64,000 bases of DNA from an uncultured Candidatus Saccharibacteria bacterium (GCA_965230915.1 OZ246395.1:600935-664934); one strand, 5' to 3'. Numbered from the stretch's first letter, positions 19,049-29,233 are shown. Notes: generated by a model from the sequence alone, not told the origin. A program made the numbers and translations.

Positions 19049-19378
19049 TTATCTATTATCCCCACTACCCTGCAAAACGCCTCGGGTTTTGCGGTCTAAA
19101 AGCTTTTGAATATTAAGTTCAGCCACATCATTCAGTTCAAATCCAAATTCGCTAGAAAGTTGAGAAACGTACCAGAGTACGTCTCCCAATTCTTTTTTTA
19201 TAAGTTCGCGAGTTTCGTCAGAAACAACGCCGTTTGAATCCCTTAAGACTTTTTTCACTTTTTCGGCAATTTCCCCGGATTCGCCAGATAATCCGAGTGT
19301 CGGATAAACAAAGTTTTTGCCTAAGTCAGGATACATTGCTGTTTCGCGAGATTTTGTTTGGTATTCTTTAAAGTCCAT
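19049..19378 (-). CDS. MazG-like nucleoside triphosphate pyrophosphohydrolase
   Basis: GLSGESGEIAEKVKK...ELGDVLWYV is the MazG/HisE-type EEXXE/D signature. Confidence 0.75.
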   Translation of the reverse strand: MDFKEYQTKSRETAMYPDLGKNFVYPTLGLSGESGEIAEKVKKVLRDSNGVVSDETRELIKKELGDVLWYVSQLSSEFGFELNDVAELNIQKLLDRKTRGVLQGSGDNR

Positions 19379-19686
19379 CAGGCTTTTTCCTTAAATTTAG
19401 AAATAACAAATTCGATAGTATATCCAAAGAAATAAATAAGTGCGGTATGTATAGCAAAAAGAGTTAAATAATAAATAAAAGGCCAATCTGAAAAAGTTAC
19501 TTGCTCCAATATATCTTCATTCAAAAATACAAGTGGCATCACAATCAATATAGATATGGAACAGAACGAATTACCTAATATCGATCCACTTGAAAGCATT
19601 ATGCAGAGCGAAAATAATAAAAGAGAGATGAACAAAATAACAAAGTATATTCTTGCAAACAACCATCCAAGCTTAGATCTTTTCAT
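19378..19686 (-). CDS. small hypothetical membrane protein
   Basis: 102 aa with 3 hydrophobic segments. Its stop overlaps the MazG-like start. Confidence 0.4.
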   Translation of the reverse strand: MKRSKLGWLFARIYFVILFISLLLFSLCIMLSSGSILGNSFCSISILIVMPLVFLNEDILEQVTFSDWPFIYYLTLFAIHTALIYFFGYTIEFVISKFKEKA

Positions 19687-19723
19687 AAATATATCCTATT
19701 TGATTTAAGCACAAAGACCAAGA

Positions 19724-21082
19724 TCAAATATTCTTAGCTAAATCACTGATATTCACTCTAATCTGTTCTGTAGTATCGCGATCGCGAATTGTTACAGTGT
19801 TATCTTCTAAAGTCTGGTAATCAATTGTGATACCTTTTGGAGTTCCAATCTCATCTTGTGAATAATAGCGTTTTCCGACATTTCCACGGTCATCCCATGC
19901 AACTCTAAAACCCTGATCGACCAATTGTGCAAAAACTTCTTTGGCTTTGTTAACGATTTCAGGTTTATTTTTTACTAATGGGAACACTGCAACATTATAT
20001 GGAGCAATATTCTTGTGTAATTTTAAAACCACACGGTCTCCGTCTTCGGAATACGCATTGTCTAAAAGCGCGTACATAGTTCGGTTTATTCCGATCGAAA
20101 TTTCGATAACATTTGGAATAAATTTGGCTCCAGTTTCAGGATCTGTGTATGTAAAATCGACCCCGCTAAATTGCATATGGCGGCTTAAGTCCCAGTCTCC
20201 ACGATGATTAAGTGGTGAAAGTTCAAACCATTTTCCTGATGACGATTCAAATTCAAAATCATTTTGAATTTTTGCATAGTGAGACATTTCCTCTTTTGGA
20301 ATTTCGCGATATCGAAATTTCTCGCGAGGCATTCCAAGTTTTTCGACGAACCATGTGAGCATGAATTCTTTCCAATAATTATAGAATTTCTCAGCTTCTT
20401 CGGGAGATGTGAAAAATTCCATCTCCATCTGTTCAAATTCGCGAGTTCGATAAATAAAGTCTTTTGTAGTAATTTCGTTTCTAAATGCCTTTCCCATTTG
20501 GGCAATTCCAAAAGGAACTTTCATACGCATAGACTGAAGCACATTTAAATACTGTAAGAAAATAACCTGGCAGGTTTCTCCGCGTAAAAAGGCTTTTACT
20601 TTGTTGCCGTCGGTGCTTCCGAGCTCAGCTTCTACCATTAAGTTAAATGATTGAAGCTTAGTTAATTCATTACCTTCTGGGCTTTTTATGCCATTTTCTT
20701 CGATGATTTTTTGCATTTCATCAAAAGACATTTTTGCTGTATCGATTCCTAATTTTTCTTCAATTAAATGGTCGGCTCTATATCGAACATGAGTTTTCTT
20801 GTCTTCAACTAAAGGATCATTAAAGGCAGAAACATGACCGCTGGCTTCCCATGTTTTTGGATGGCTGAATATAGCCCCATCTAAACCTACTACGTCTAAA
20901 CGGCTTTCGACGAATGACTTCCACCAAAGGTCTTTAATGTTTTTGAGCATTTGGGCTCCCAAAGGGCCATAGTCATAAGTGGCTGAAAATCCTCCATAAA
21001 TTTCTGACGAAGGATATACAAACCCTCTTCTTTTGGTTAACGATATAACTTTTTGTGAGATTGATTGATCTTTTTGATCCAT
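19724..21082 (-). CDS. glyQS: glycyl-tRNA synthetase (alpha2 type)
   Basis: 452 aa. N-terminus RRGFVYPSSEIYGGFSATYDYGPLGAQMLKNIKDLWW is diagnostic for class II GlyRS. Confidence 0.95.
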   Translation of the reverse strand: MDQKDQSISQKVISLTKRRGFVYPSSEIYGGFSATYDYGPLGAQMLKNIKDLWWKSFVESRLDVVGLDGAIFSHPKTWEASGHVSAFNDPLVEDKKTHVRYRADHLIEEKLGIDTAKMSFDEMQKIIEENGIKSPEGNELTKLQSFNLMVEAELGSTDGNKVKAFLRGETCQVIFLQYLNVLQSMRMKVPFGIAQMGKAFRNEITTKDFIYRTREFEQMEMEFFTSPEEAEKFYNYWKEFMLTWFVEKLGMPREKFRYREIPKEEMSHYAKIQNDFEFESSSGKWFELSPLNHRGDWDLSRHMQFSGVDFTYTDPETGAKFIPNVIEISIGINRTMYALLDNAYSEDGDRVVLKLHKNIAPYNVAVFPLVKNKPEIVNKAKEVFAQLVDQGFRVAWDDRGNVGKRYYSQDEIGTPKGITIDYQTLEDNTVTIRDRDTTEQIRVNISDLAKNI

Positions 21083-21240
21083 TTTTGTCTCCTAAACAAT
21101 TAAATAAATAACTGTCAGGGACGAAAGGATATCTTCCGCGGTTCCACCCTAGTTCCTGATTTTGCCCAGGCGCTTTTAGTATAAAAACTCAGAGGTTTCC
21201 AGGCCTCTTCAACGTTCTTACCGAAATTATACTATATAAT
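21083..21240 (-). promoter_or_regulatory. T-box riboswitch leader upstream of glyQS
   Basis: The minus strand carries GAACTAGGGTGGAACCGCGGAAG (plus-strand 21136-21158), a canonical T-box sequence. An upstream loop reads GCGCCUGGGCAAAAUC, containing GGC (a Gly codon) followed by a run of As. The leader is compact (about 160 nt), as glyQS leaders are. No clear terminator hairpin was found. Confidence 0.6.
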
Positions 21241-21256
21241 CTATCTGTTCAATAAT

Positions 21257-21886
21257 ATGGAAAAACACTTAAAAACAAAGGCAATTGTCCTAAAACGATC
21301 AAATTATAAAGAAGCCGACCGTTTAGTTACTTTATATACCGAAGACAAAGGCAAAATAACGACTATCGCCAAAGGCATTAGAAAAACTACCTCTAGCAAA
21401 CGTGGCCATTTAGAGCTATTTAATCTAGTGGATATCGAGGCCATTGACCACAAGGGGTGGTATATTTTGACCCAAGCACAATCTATAGAGACTTTTTCTA
21501 AAATTAAAGAAGATTTGACGGTAACTGCTTATGCCTATTATATTAGTGAAATTTTCGAAAAGCTTGTTACTGAAGATGAGCCAAACGATGTTTTATTTAG
21601 ACTACTCAGAAAGACTTTAACTTTTATAGATAAATTCCCAACTCTAACCTTGGTAAATGCATTCAACCTAAAACTCTTAAAATTATTAGGGTTTTATTCG
21701 AGATCTCAAACTAAAAATCTGGCTCAATATATAGTTCAATATTTGAATGAAATTGAGATGAGTAGATATGAGTTTTTATCTACTAGAGCGTACGAGCCTA
21801 CAATAGAAAAACAGGCCCACAGTTTTTTAAAAAACTTCACGGAAAGTGTTTTGGAACGGGGTATTAAAACTAAATTAGATCCTTAA
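21257..21886 (+). CDS. recO: DNA repair protein RecO
   Basis: N-terminal OB-fold signature KAIVLKRSNYKEADRLVTLYTEDKGKITTIAKGIRK. Confidence 0.8.
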   Translation: MEKHLKTKAIVLKRSNYKEADRLVTLYTEDKGKITTIAKGIRKTTSSKRGHLELFNLVDIEAIDHKGWYILTQAQSIETFSKIKEDLTVTAYAYYISEIFEKLVTEDEPNDVLFRLLRKTLTFIDKFPTLTLVNAFNLKLLKLLGFYSRSQTKNLAQYIVQYLNEIEMSRYEFLSTRAYEPTIEKQAHSFLKNFTESVLERGIKTKLDP

Positions 21887-21890
21887 TAGA

Positions 21891-23984
21891 TTACTTAATT
21901 TCTAGAGTTTTATCTGCATTTAGAAGAACATCCTGACTGACCCCATCTAGACCAATTTTATAGCTATCGGTACTCGATCCGGATTGTCTTTGAATCAAGA
22001 TTTTGTAGTCATCTGTGTTTACTGTAGCTGGTAACTCGTATGTAAATGTAACATCCAAGTCAGTTTCTTTCATTTGAGTAGTGAATGATTCGAAGTAGGT
22101 CTTTCCAACTGTATCATCTTGGTACTCTGCTCCATGTGCGTCTTGGCCGTCTGATGCGGTTACAGAGATCATCTTTGATCCAGAAGGGGCATAGACTCTT
22201 AAATAACCTTTATAGAAACAGCAAGGATCAATATTGTACCAGTCAGGTCTCTTTGGATTATGAATTGTTACCTTAACAGTGCTAATTTTCTTTCCGTCTT
22301 TGACTTCAACGTTTTTAGTAACAGTTTGTGTGACAAAACCTTCTTTAGTCCAATCAGCCTTACCTGAACCAAAGTTACTACGATTTACATGAAGATAATC
22401 ATAACCTTCTGGTGTTGGAGATATTCTTCCTCCATATCCCAAGTCTTCAAATGCTTTTTGCACAGCTGGATCGAAAGAATATAAAACAATATCTTTCTTA
22501 CTCATTGAATCGAGCATAACTTTTGTAATATTTACCAAGTTAGTAGCTTCTGAAGTGAATACTTTTTCTAGAATTGATTGACCTAGGAATTTGATAATTT
22601 CTTTTCTTCCAATAGTTTCAGCAAGTTTTCCGCCGGCAATGTCTTCTAAGTTTTCGATAACATTGTCAGCATTAAATTCGGTTACTGGAATAGTGATGTA
22701 AGAACCTGTGTCAGTTCTGATTGAATATTTTTCAGTATTAACTGGGCCAACAGCTCTAAGTAAATCTACGGCAATGTCGTTATTAATTTGGATAACTCCA
22801 TCAATTTGCTGTGGAAGAGATCGGTCTTTATTCCAGAATTCGGTTAGCAACATATTTGCAGCCTGTGGGAAGTCAGCGTTTGTGCTGGTAGCATCACGAG
22901 CGTACAAACGGGCTCCACGATCTTGAATATACAAGTATCGGCCTAAGAAATAAGGTACATTTCGGCTAACCAAGTTTGAGGAACCTGTTCTATCTCCTTC
23001 ATCAATAAAGTATGTATCGATTGAATAAGTAATTTGTGGAATACCCTGGTTGAACTCAGCAACAATAATATATGTATTGAATCCACCGGACATACGAAGC
23101 TCGTAGTTATTAGCCATTAAAATAAGATAGCGTTTTGGAGCATTTAGTCCCATAAATTCTGGAACGGCATTAAAGAATGATTCAAATTGTGGAGCTTTGT
23201 CTGCAAGTTCTGATGAAATTGCCTGCATTCCTAGAATTTGTTCTCTAACATTTATATTTGGGTCAACTCCAAAGTATGAAACGAAGCCTGGAAGACTTCT
23301 TGGATATCTCGATGCATCGATTTGTGCGAGTTCGCTATCTATTTTCTGCATTTTATCTGAAATCTCGCTAACCTTGCTCGAGAATTGAGGCATAAGTCTA
23401 ATTAGTTTGATAACACGTTCCTGTGCCGGAATACTTGTTGCATCTTTACCTTCTGTAGCAAATCCTAAATCTGCCGCATGTGGTTCTAATATAGATATTG
23501 TAAGTTCACCTAGTTCTATACCCTGCTCTGCAACTGAAAGCATTCTCTGTGAATCTTGATAATAAGCTTCTGTACCCGGAATATGTCTAATCATAGACAT
23601 GTTACTTTCATATACACTTTCGAATTCTGCTAATTCACTCTTGGTTTTTTCTAGTCCGTTTTTAACTTCATCAAAATCCTGTTCATGTAACCCCTGGTTT
23701 ATTGAAGCGGTACTGTCTTTAAGTTCTTGAGCTTTGGCCATAATATTTAGCATCGGCCTAACTACAAAGAAATAAGCTGCAATTAGCAATACAACTAAAA
23801 TAGCGGCAAGTACTCCTAATACTCTTAAAACTATCTTCATATTTATATTGATTTTGGGCATTTTAAAACCCTTTGAAGGGGTACTATTAAAGCTAGAAGT
23901 CGTGTTAGCTCCAAATCCAGATTTCGCTGGTTGAGAAAAAGTTGGGGTTAATCGTTTCATATATGAATTTTGATACTTGATCAA
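21891..23984 (-). CDS. DUF4012-family membrane-anchored extracytoplasmic protein
   Basis: 697 aa with an N-terminal TM segment. The motif PKRYLILMANNYELRMSGGFNTY matches the DUF4012 signature (KRYL.L.QNN.E.R.TGG). Sits adjacent to the PglC-like gene, as is typical for this family. Confidence 0.6.
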   Translation of the reverse strand: MIKYQNSYMKRLTPTFSQPAKSGFGANTTSSFNSTPSKGFKMPKININMKIVLRVLGVLAAILVVLLIAAYFFVVRPMLNIMAKAQELKDSTASINQGLHEQDFDEVKNGLEKTKSELAEFESVYESNMSMIRHIPGTEAYYQDSQRMLSVAEQGIELGELTISILEPHAADLGFATEGKDATSIPAQERVIKLIRLMPQFSSKVSEISDKMQKIDSELAQIDASRYPRSLPGFVSYFGVDPNINVREQILGMQAISSELADKAPQFESFFNAVPEFMGLNAPKRYLILMANNYELRMSGGFNTYIIVAEFNQGIPQITYSIDTYFIDEGDRTGSSNLVSRNVPYFLGRYLYIQDRGARLYARDATSTNADFPQAANMLLTEFWNKDRSLPQQIDGVIQINNDIAVDLLRAVGPVNTEKYSIRTDTGSYITIPVTEFNADNVIENLEDIAGGKLAETIGRKEIIKFLGQSILEKVFTSEATNLVNITKVMLDSMSKKDIVLYSFDPAVQKAFEDLGYGGRISPTPEGYDYLHVNRSNFGSGKADWTKEGFVTQTVTKNVEVKDGKKISTVKVTIHNPKRPDWYNIDPCCFYKGYLRVYAPSGSKMISVTASDGQDAHGAEYQDDTVGKTYFESFTTQMKETDLDVTFTYELPATVNTDDYKILIQRQSGSSTDSYKIGLDGVSQDVLLNADKTLEIK

Positions 23985-24007
23985 TTTACCATTTCAAATT
24001 TTATTTT

Positions 24008-24661
24008 TCAATATGCCCCTTCGCCCTTAATTATCGCGAACGGAGTCTTTATTAATAACTTTAAATCAAATTGCAATGAATGATGGTCAGCATAATAAAC
24101 ATCCATATCTATTCTTTGATCAAAAGTAATATTTGAACGACCATAAACCTGCCAGTACCCTGTAATACCGGGAACAACGGAAGTGATCTTTTTTAATTTT
24201 TCAGCATTTTCTGGGCTTTTAGCAGCATATAATTCAAACTCGTCTGGTCTTAAGGCTCGTGGACCAACAATACTCATATCTCCTTTTATTACATTTAGCA
24301 TCTGTGGAAATTCATCAATTGAATATTTACGGATAAACCTTCCGAATTTAGTTATACGTGGGTCATTAACAATCTTGTTGTTTCCACTTCTTATTTGTTT
24401 ATACAGTTCTGGATCTTTAAATAGCAATTCGTCGGCATTCATGATCATCGATCTGAATTTATAGAATTCAAAAAGCTTGCCCCCGAGCCCAACGCGTTTC
24501 TGATGATAAAAAGGTGTGTATTTATCCTGAAACCAGATTATTAGCATTGTGGCTATATATATAGGTGAAAAAACAATAATAAAAGCTATAGCCATAACGA
24601 TATCTAGAAGTCTTTTAAGTGGGTTAATTGGGCTTATGCTATTTTGAGCTTCGTTTTCCAT
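24008..24661 (-). CDS. small monotopic phosphoglycosyl transferase (PglC/WbaP C-domain-like sugar transferase)
   Basis: 217 aa. Bac_transf motifs KRVGLGGKLFEFYKFRSM, DEFPQMLNVIKGDMSIVGPR, and PGITGYWQVYGRS. Confidence 0.85.
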   Translation of the reverse strand: MENEAQNSISPINPLKRLLDIVMAIAFIIVFSPIYIATMLIIWFQDKYTPFYHQKRVGLGGKLFEFYKFRSMIMNADELLFKDPELYKQIRSGNNKIVNDPRITKFGRFIRKYSIDEFPQMLNVIKGDMSIVGPRALRPDEFELYAAKSPENAEKLKKITSVVPGITGYWQVYGRSNITFDQRIDMDVYYADHHSLQFDLKLLIKTPFAIIKGEGAY

Positions 24662-24719
24662 ATTTAGTTGCAGTATGACTCTATTTTCGCAAGCGATTTA
24701 TATCACGAAGTGAAAAAGA

Positions 24720-25805
24720 TCATGTATATGATCTTATATTACGTGTAAATTCGTCTTTCGTAAATTTATTTGCCTGAATTATACAGTTTTTAGCCTCAAT
24801 CTCAATTTCATCAAATTTAGATAAAGCCGATTTTAAGCTATCTGTCGTTTGGTTATCAAAAAACAAACCAGTCTTTTTTTCGATAATTGTTTCAAGTGCA
24901 CCACCAGCCTTGTACGCAATAACAGGCACTCCAAAAGATTGCGCCTCAACAGATGTAATTCCAAAGTCTTCTTTTTGAGTCATGATAATTGCCTTTGAGC
25001 CTAAATAATTTTGTATCAAATCGGAATCATTCAGTCGACCCATAAATTTTACGTAATTTTTGTCGGCCATATTTTCTAAAGCTTCTTTATATCTTCCTTG
25101 ACCTACTATTCTTAAATTTTGTTTTAGTTCACTACAAGCTTTTACGGCTAGCTCTATTCGCTTCCACTTTTCTAATCGTGAAACCAAAATGTAATAGTCA
25201 CCTTTGGGTGCCTTTACTTGATTCGATATATTCAGATCGTGATATGGATAAACAACATCCGACTCACGATTCCAATATTTCTTTATCCTTTTTTGTATAG
25301 TTTTTGAATTGGCTAAAAGAATATCCGGATATTTTGAAACATGTTTATCCCATGCTCGCATCAATAATAAAAAAGGATAAAGCAAAATTACTGCGTACTT
25401 ATTAAAGTAAGAATGTGGTTCCCAAACCATACGCGCGGGAGAGTTTATATAAGCAATATGTTTAGCTTCCGATTTGGTGCGAACACCATGCGCAAAGCGG
25501 GCCGATGATGAAATTACTAAATCATATTGGTTTAAATTAAAAAGCCAAAAAGCAGGCTGATAAAAAATGGCGAGAGCTTTATAAAACTTTTCCTTTTTAG
25601 GAATTTTATTTAGAAAACTTGTATGAATTTTTAAATTGGGATTTTTTGCTAATAGCCGATCGATCCATTCTTTAGAAATTATTGAAGTATACAAATCTGC
25701 ATTCGGGAAAATCTCTAATAAACATTCAACAAGCTTTTCTGCTCCGCCCTTTTGAATGAAATCATCGTGAACAATTGCAATTTTTTTATCAGAAAGCTTG
25801 CTCAT
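24720..25805 (-). CDS. GT4 glycosyltransferase
   Basis: EDFGITSVEAQSFGVPVIAYKAGGALETI (GT4 EX7E region). N-terminus IAIVHDDFIQKGGAEK. Confidence 0.8.
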   Translation of the reverse strand: MSKLSDKKIAIVHDDFIQKGGAEKLVECLLEIFPNADLYTSIISKEWIDRLLAKNPNLKIHTSFLNKIPKKEKFYKALAIFYQPAFWLFNLNQYDLVISSSARFAHGVRTKSEAKHIAYINSPARMVWEPHSYFNKYAVILLYPFLLLMRAWDKHVSKYPDILLANSKTIQKRIKKYWNRESDVVYPYHDLNISNQVKAPKGDYYILVSRLEKWKRIELAVKACSELKQNLRIVGQGRYKEALENMADKNYVKFMGRLNDSDLIQNYLGSKAIIMTQKEDFGITSVEAQSFGVPVIAYKAGGALETIIEKKTGLFFDNQTTDSLKSALSKFDEIEIEAKNCIIQANKFTKDEFTRNIRSYT

Positions 25806-26943
25806 AGACCTTTAGAGTTTCTTGGGCCATTTTGCTCCACGAATAGTTTTTAATATTCTCAAAGCCTTTTCTTATTAAATCATTTCGCAAATTTTCATCC
25901 GAGACAATTTGATTTAATTTTTCAGTTATATCGATATTACTATTCGGATCAAAATATAAAACAGAATCCCCAAAAATTTCACGGTGTGTCGGAATATCTG
26001 ATAAAACGACCGGCGCTCCAAATGCTTGAGCTTCTAATGGCGTTATACTAAAACCTTCTTTTAAAGATGGAAATACATAAGCCAATGCGCCCCTATATAA
26101 ATAAGCTAAATCTTTATCAGAAACATATTTTGCACCTTCGGAAAATTTTGCAGCATAAATTACTTTTCCGTCTAAATTTAGTGCGTGACTAAATGCAGCT
26201 GTTCTTTGTGAAAAGTCATCGATTTTTCCGGCGATTATTAATTGGTTATTTAATCTTGTTCGATCTAAAAATTCTTTATACGAAACTATTAATGTATTTA
26301 AATTTTTATGTGGATATGCACTGCCTACATATAGAAAATATCTCGATTTGATTCCCATCTCTTCGATGCGTGTTAGTAAGACTCGTTCGTCTCTCGGAGC
26401 TTGGGCCTTAAGTGAATCATCAACACCTTCGTTACTAACAATAATTTTTTCTGGTTTAATTTTGAGTTTTTGAATAACTTCGTCACGAACTGTTGCAGAT
26501 GGCGTAATTATTTTTTTAGCATGATGTGCAGCAGTATTAATTACAAACTTATATGCAGCCTTTTTCGCCTGGTACATTGGACCAGGAAGTGTTGTTGCTG
26601 ATTTCGAATCGAATTCATGCATTGTTAAATCATGAATTGTGATTACGGTTTTGCCGCGATATAAAACTGGCACATTAAAGTGTGGAACATGCAATAAATC
26701 TAAATTCGCACGCATGTATTCTGTTAGTAAAAGTGTTTGCTCTTCGAGTGAGTACCAAGGAATATCAGCAATCCATTTTTTAAAATTTGGATTTTTTGGT
26801 TTGTACTGTTCACTTCCCTTTTTTGTTAGAAAAATTACGTATTGGTTTTTATTGTCGATTTTTTCGAGTTCAGTAATAAGGTTTGAGACGTAACGGCCTG
26901 GGCCGGCGACTCCATAAAAACGTGCATCGATTCCGATTTTCAT
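25789..26943 (-). CDS. GT4 glycosyltransferase
   Basis: KEGFSITPLEAQAFGAPVVLSDIPTHREIFGDS (GT4 EX7E). Confidence 0.8.
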   Translation of the reverse strand: MKIGIDARFYGVAGPGRYVSNLITELEKIDNKNQYVIFLTKKGSEQYKPKNPNFKKWIADIPWYSLEEQTLLLTEYMRANLDLLHVPHFNVPVLYRGKTVITIHDLTMHEFDSKSATTLPGPMYQAKKAAYKFVINTAAHHAKKIITPSATVRDEVIQKLKIKPEKIIVSNEGVDDSLKAQAPRDERVLLTRIEEMGIKSRYFLYVGSAYPHKNLNTLIVSYKEFLDRTRLNNQLIIAGKIDDFSQRTAAFSHALNLDGKVIYAAKFSEGAKYVSDKDLAYLYRGALAYVFPSLKEGFSITPLEAQAFGAPVVLSDIPTHREIFGDSVLYFDPNSNIDITEKLNQIVSDENLRNDLIRKGFENIKNYSWSKMAQETLKVYEQAF

Positions 26944-26957
26944 ATGTAGATTATAGC

Positions 26958-27845
26958 CTATTTAATTCGAGAGGTACGAATTTTTTCTAAAATATTAATT
27001 GCAAATAGAATGAATCCTGTAGCGAATTTAGGATATTTCTTAGAATAATGCTTCTCATAAAAGAGCCTCATGGCTTGGGTTCTGGCTTTGCTCATTTTTA
27101 GACGCGTTTCTTTTGATGCTTTAGAAACATCTCCGGTTTCTTTGCGAATTCCGACAGAAACACCTTTATAATGTAATGATTCAAATTGTGGCAAATACAT
27201 TAATTTATAACCGGCCTGTTTAATTCGATAACACATGTCGACGTCTTCTCCATATACAAAGTAGTCTTCGTCCCATAAGCCAATTTTGTCTAAGATTTCG
27301 CGGCGCATGAGCATAAAATGCGAAATGCATAGATCAATTTCATGTGGAATATCCATATTTTCGTATCCCATAAAGTATTGGTTAAAAGTTTTTGATTTTG
27401 GAAATACTTTGTTTAGTTTTGAGAAATGTGTGAGCGCCGCCCAAGGGGTAGGAAAACCTCGGTGTGCATCAGGATCTAAAGTGCCATCTCTCAAAATAAG
27501 TTTACAGGTTGCGGCGCCGACATCTTTATTAGCTTCGAAATAGTCGACCATTCCTGAAATCGTGCTCTCTTTCGGAAAAGCATCGCTTCCCATATACAAA
27601 AGATAATCACCTTTCGAATTTTTTATTCCGAGGTTGTACCCGGCAGAAATTCCTCTATTCTCAGCCTTAATTGCAATTACATATGAGAAATTTTCTTTTA
27701 CTGCATCATAAGAGCCATCGCTGGAACCATTATCGACAACAATAATTTCTAAATTTTTATAGTCGGATTTATGTAAATTGCGAATGCAATCTAATAAAAC
27801 ATCTCTGGTGTTGTAATTTACGATAATGACTGAAACGAGTTTCAT
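26958..27845 (-). CDS. GT2 glycosyltransferase
   Basis: VSVIIVNYNTRDVLLDCIRNL...LEIIVVDNGSSDGS (GT2-A fold DXD region). Confidence 0.85.
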   Translation of the reverse strand: MKLVSVIIVNYNTRDVLLDCIRNLHKSDYKNLEIIVVDNGSSDGSYDAVKENFSYVIAIKAENRGISAGYNLGIKNSKGDYLLYMGSDAFPKESTISGMVDYFEANKDVGAATCKLILRDGTLDPDAHRGFPTPWAALTHFSKLNKVFPKSKTFNQYFMGYENMDIPHEIDLCISHFMLMRREILDKIGLWDEDYFVYGEDVDMCYRIKQAGYKLMYLPQFESLHYKGVSVGIRKETGDVSKASKETRLKMSKARTQAMRLFYEKHYSKKYPKFATGFILFAINILEKIRTSRIK

Positions 27846-27952
27846 TTATTTGAGTATAATGTTTTGAATAACTTCTGCAATTACTACTATGTTTTTCTTT
27901 ATCTCTGGTATATTTGGTATATTAAGAAGCAGACAACTTTTTAACGATTTTC

Positions 27953-29233
27953 ATGGATATAATCAAAAAATTAAGCGCATTTTCAAGCAAACAATTTATA
28001 CTGAGCCGATCTTTGATGGTTATTATAGCTTCTTTTACCGCTAACATTTTCTCATATTTATTTCAGCTAGTTTCCGGACGATATTTTTCAAAAGAAGAAT
28101 ATGGAGTATTGGTAGCACTTTTTTCATTAAGTGGAATTATTCCTTTAGTAGCGCAGTTTTTTGTAAGTGGAATCCCTAAAATTGTCGCAGAAATTAAAGA
28201 TGTCGATTATCCGAATCGTATTTCAAGCCTTTTTTACGCAATTTTTAAAATTAATACTTTTATAACGTTAGGCACGTTAGTCTTAATGTTTTTGTTTAAA
28301 GACAATATCGCTGACTTTCTGAATATCACCGACAAAAGCGTTTTAGTTCCATTTACCTTTGCTGTTGCAGCGGGAACTTTTACTTTGTTTTTTATTCCAT
28401 TCATTCAAGGTTTAACACGGTTTAAAGCTTATTCTTTTGTAACACTTTTAACAGCAATTGCGAAACTTTCGGTTGCTATCGTTGTTTTATACTTAGGCCT
28501 TGCAGTAAAAGACATTTTTTGGGGATTAACATTTACAACTTTAGGCATCGGAATAATTTGCTACAAAATATTACTTAAAAATATAAACCTAAATTGGAGG
28601 TTAACCGACCGCGAAGATATAGATATCCTAATTAAATACTCTTTAGGTGGAGCACTGTCACTAATCGGTTTAAATCTTTTAAATTTAACCGATGTTATTT
28701 TAGTAAAACATTTTTTCTCACCAGAAATGGCCGGGGTTTACGGATCGATCTCGGTTATTGGCCGAATAGTCTTTTATGCAGCATCACCAGTTGCAATCGT
28801 TATGCTTCCGATATGTACTGAAAAATTTAAAAAAGGTGAAGACTTTATTAAACCATTTTTATCAGCGCTCGCAATTTCTGGGACAATTTGTATAACAGCT
28901 GCATTTTTCTATTCGGAATTTCCACATTTCGTAATCACCACCCTATTTGGATCATCTTACTTAAGTGCCGAACCATATTTGGGCCTATTTGCTTTTTTTA
29001 TGCTTGGTTATACATTCATTTTTATTTTCTCTACATTCTTTATTGCAATTTCAAAGTTTTTCCTAAGTTCACTGGTAATTATTTCTGCTATTGTTCAAGC
29101 TGCTGGAATTTATTTTTTCTGGCATGAAAACATCTATCAGGTTATTTATGTATCTATATTCTCCGTTTCACTTGTATTAATTGCTTATTTATTTGCTTTC
29201 TTTATTTTATTGAGAAAACCCTCTACTGCTTAG
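27953..29233 (+). CDS. Wzx-like oligosaccharide flippase / polysaccharide biosynthesis protein (MOP superfamily)
   Basis: 426 aa with about 12 TM segments. Located within the glycan locus. Confidence 0.55.
   Translation: MDIIKKLSAFSSKQFILSRSLMVIIASFTANIFSYLFQLVSGRYFSKEEYGVLVALFSLSGIIPLVAQFFVSGIPKIVAEIKDVDYPNRISSLFYAIFKINTFITLGTLVLMFLFKDNIADFLNITDKSVLVPFTFAVAAGTFTLFFIPFIQGLTRFKAYSFVTLLTAIAKLSVAIVVLYLGLAVKDIFWGLTFTTLGIGIICYKILLKNINLNWRLTDREDIDILIKYSLGGALSLIGLNLLNLTDVILVKHFFSPEMAGVYGSISVIGRIVFYAASPVAIVMLPICTEKFKKGEDFIKPFLSALAISGTICITAAFFYSEFPHFVITTLFGSSYLSAEPYLGLFAFFMLGYTFIFIFSTFFIAISKFFLSSLVIISAIVQAAGIYFFWHENIYQVIYVSIFSVSLVLIAYLFAFFILLRKPSTA

Noticed and set aside
21083-21135. Terminator hairpin for the glyQS T-box
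   Set aside because: I searched for a helix pairing with the 3' half of the T-box (ACCGCGG) followed by a U-run. Only a weak 3-bp AAG/CTT stem around the GATATC palindrome was found. I do not call a terminator.
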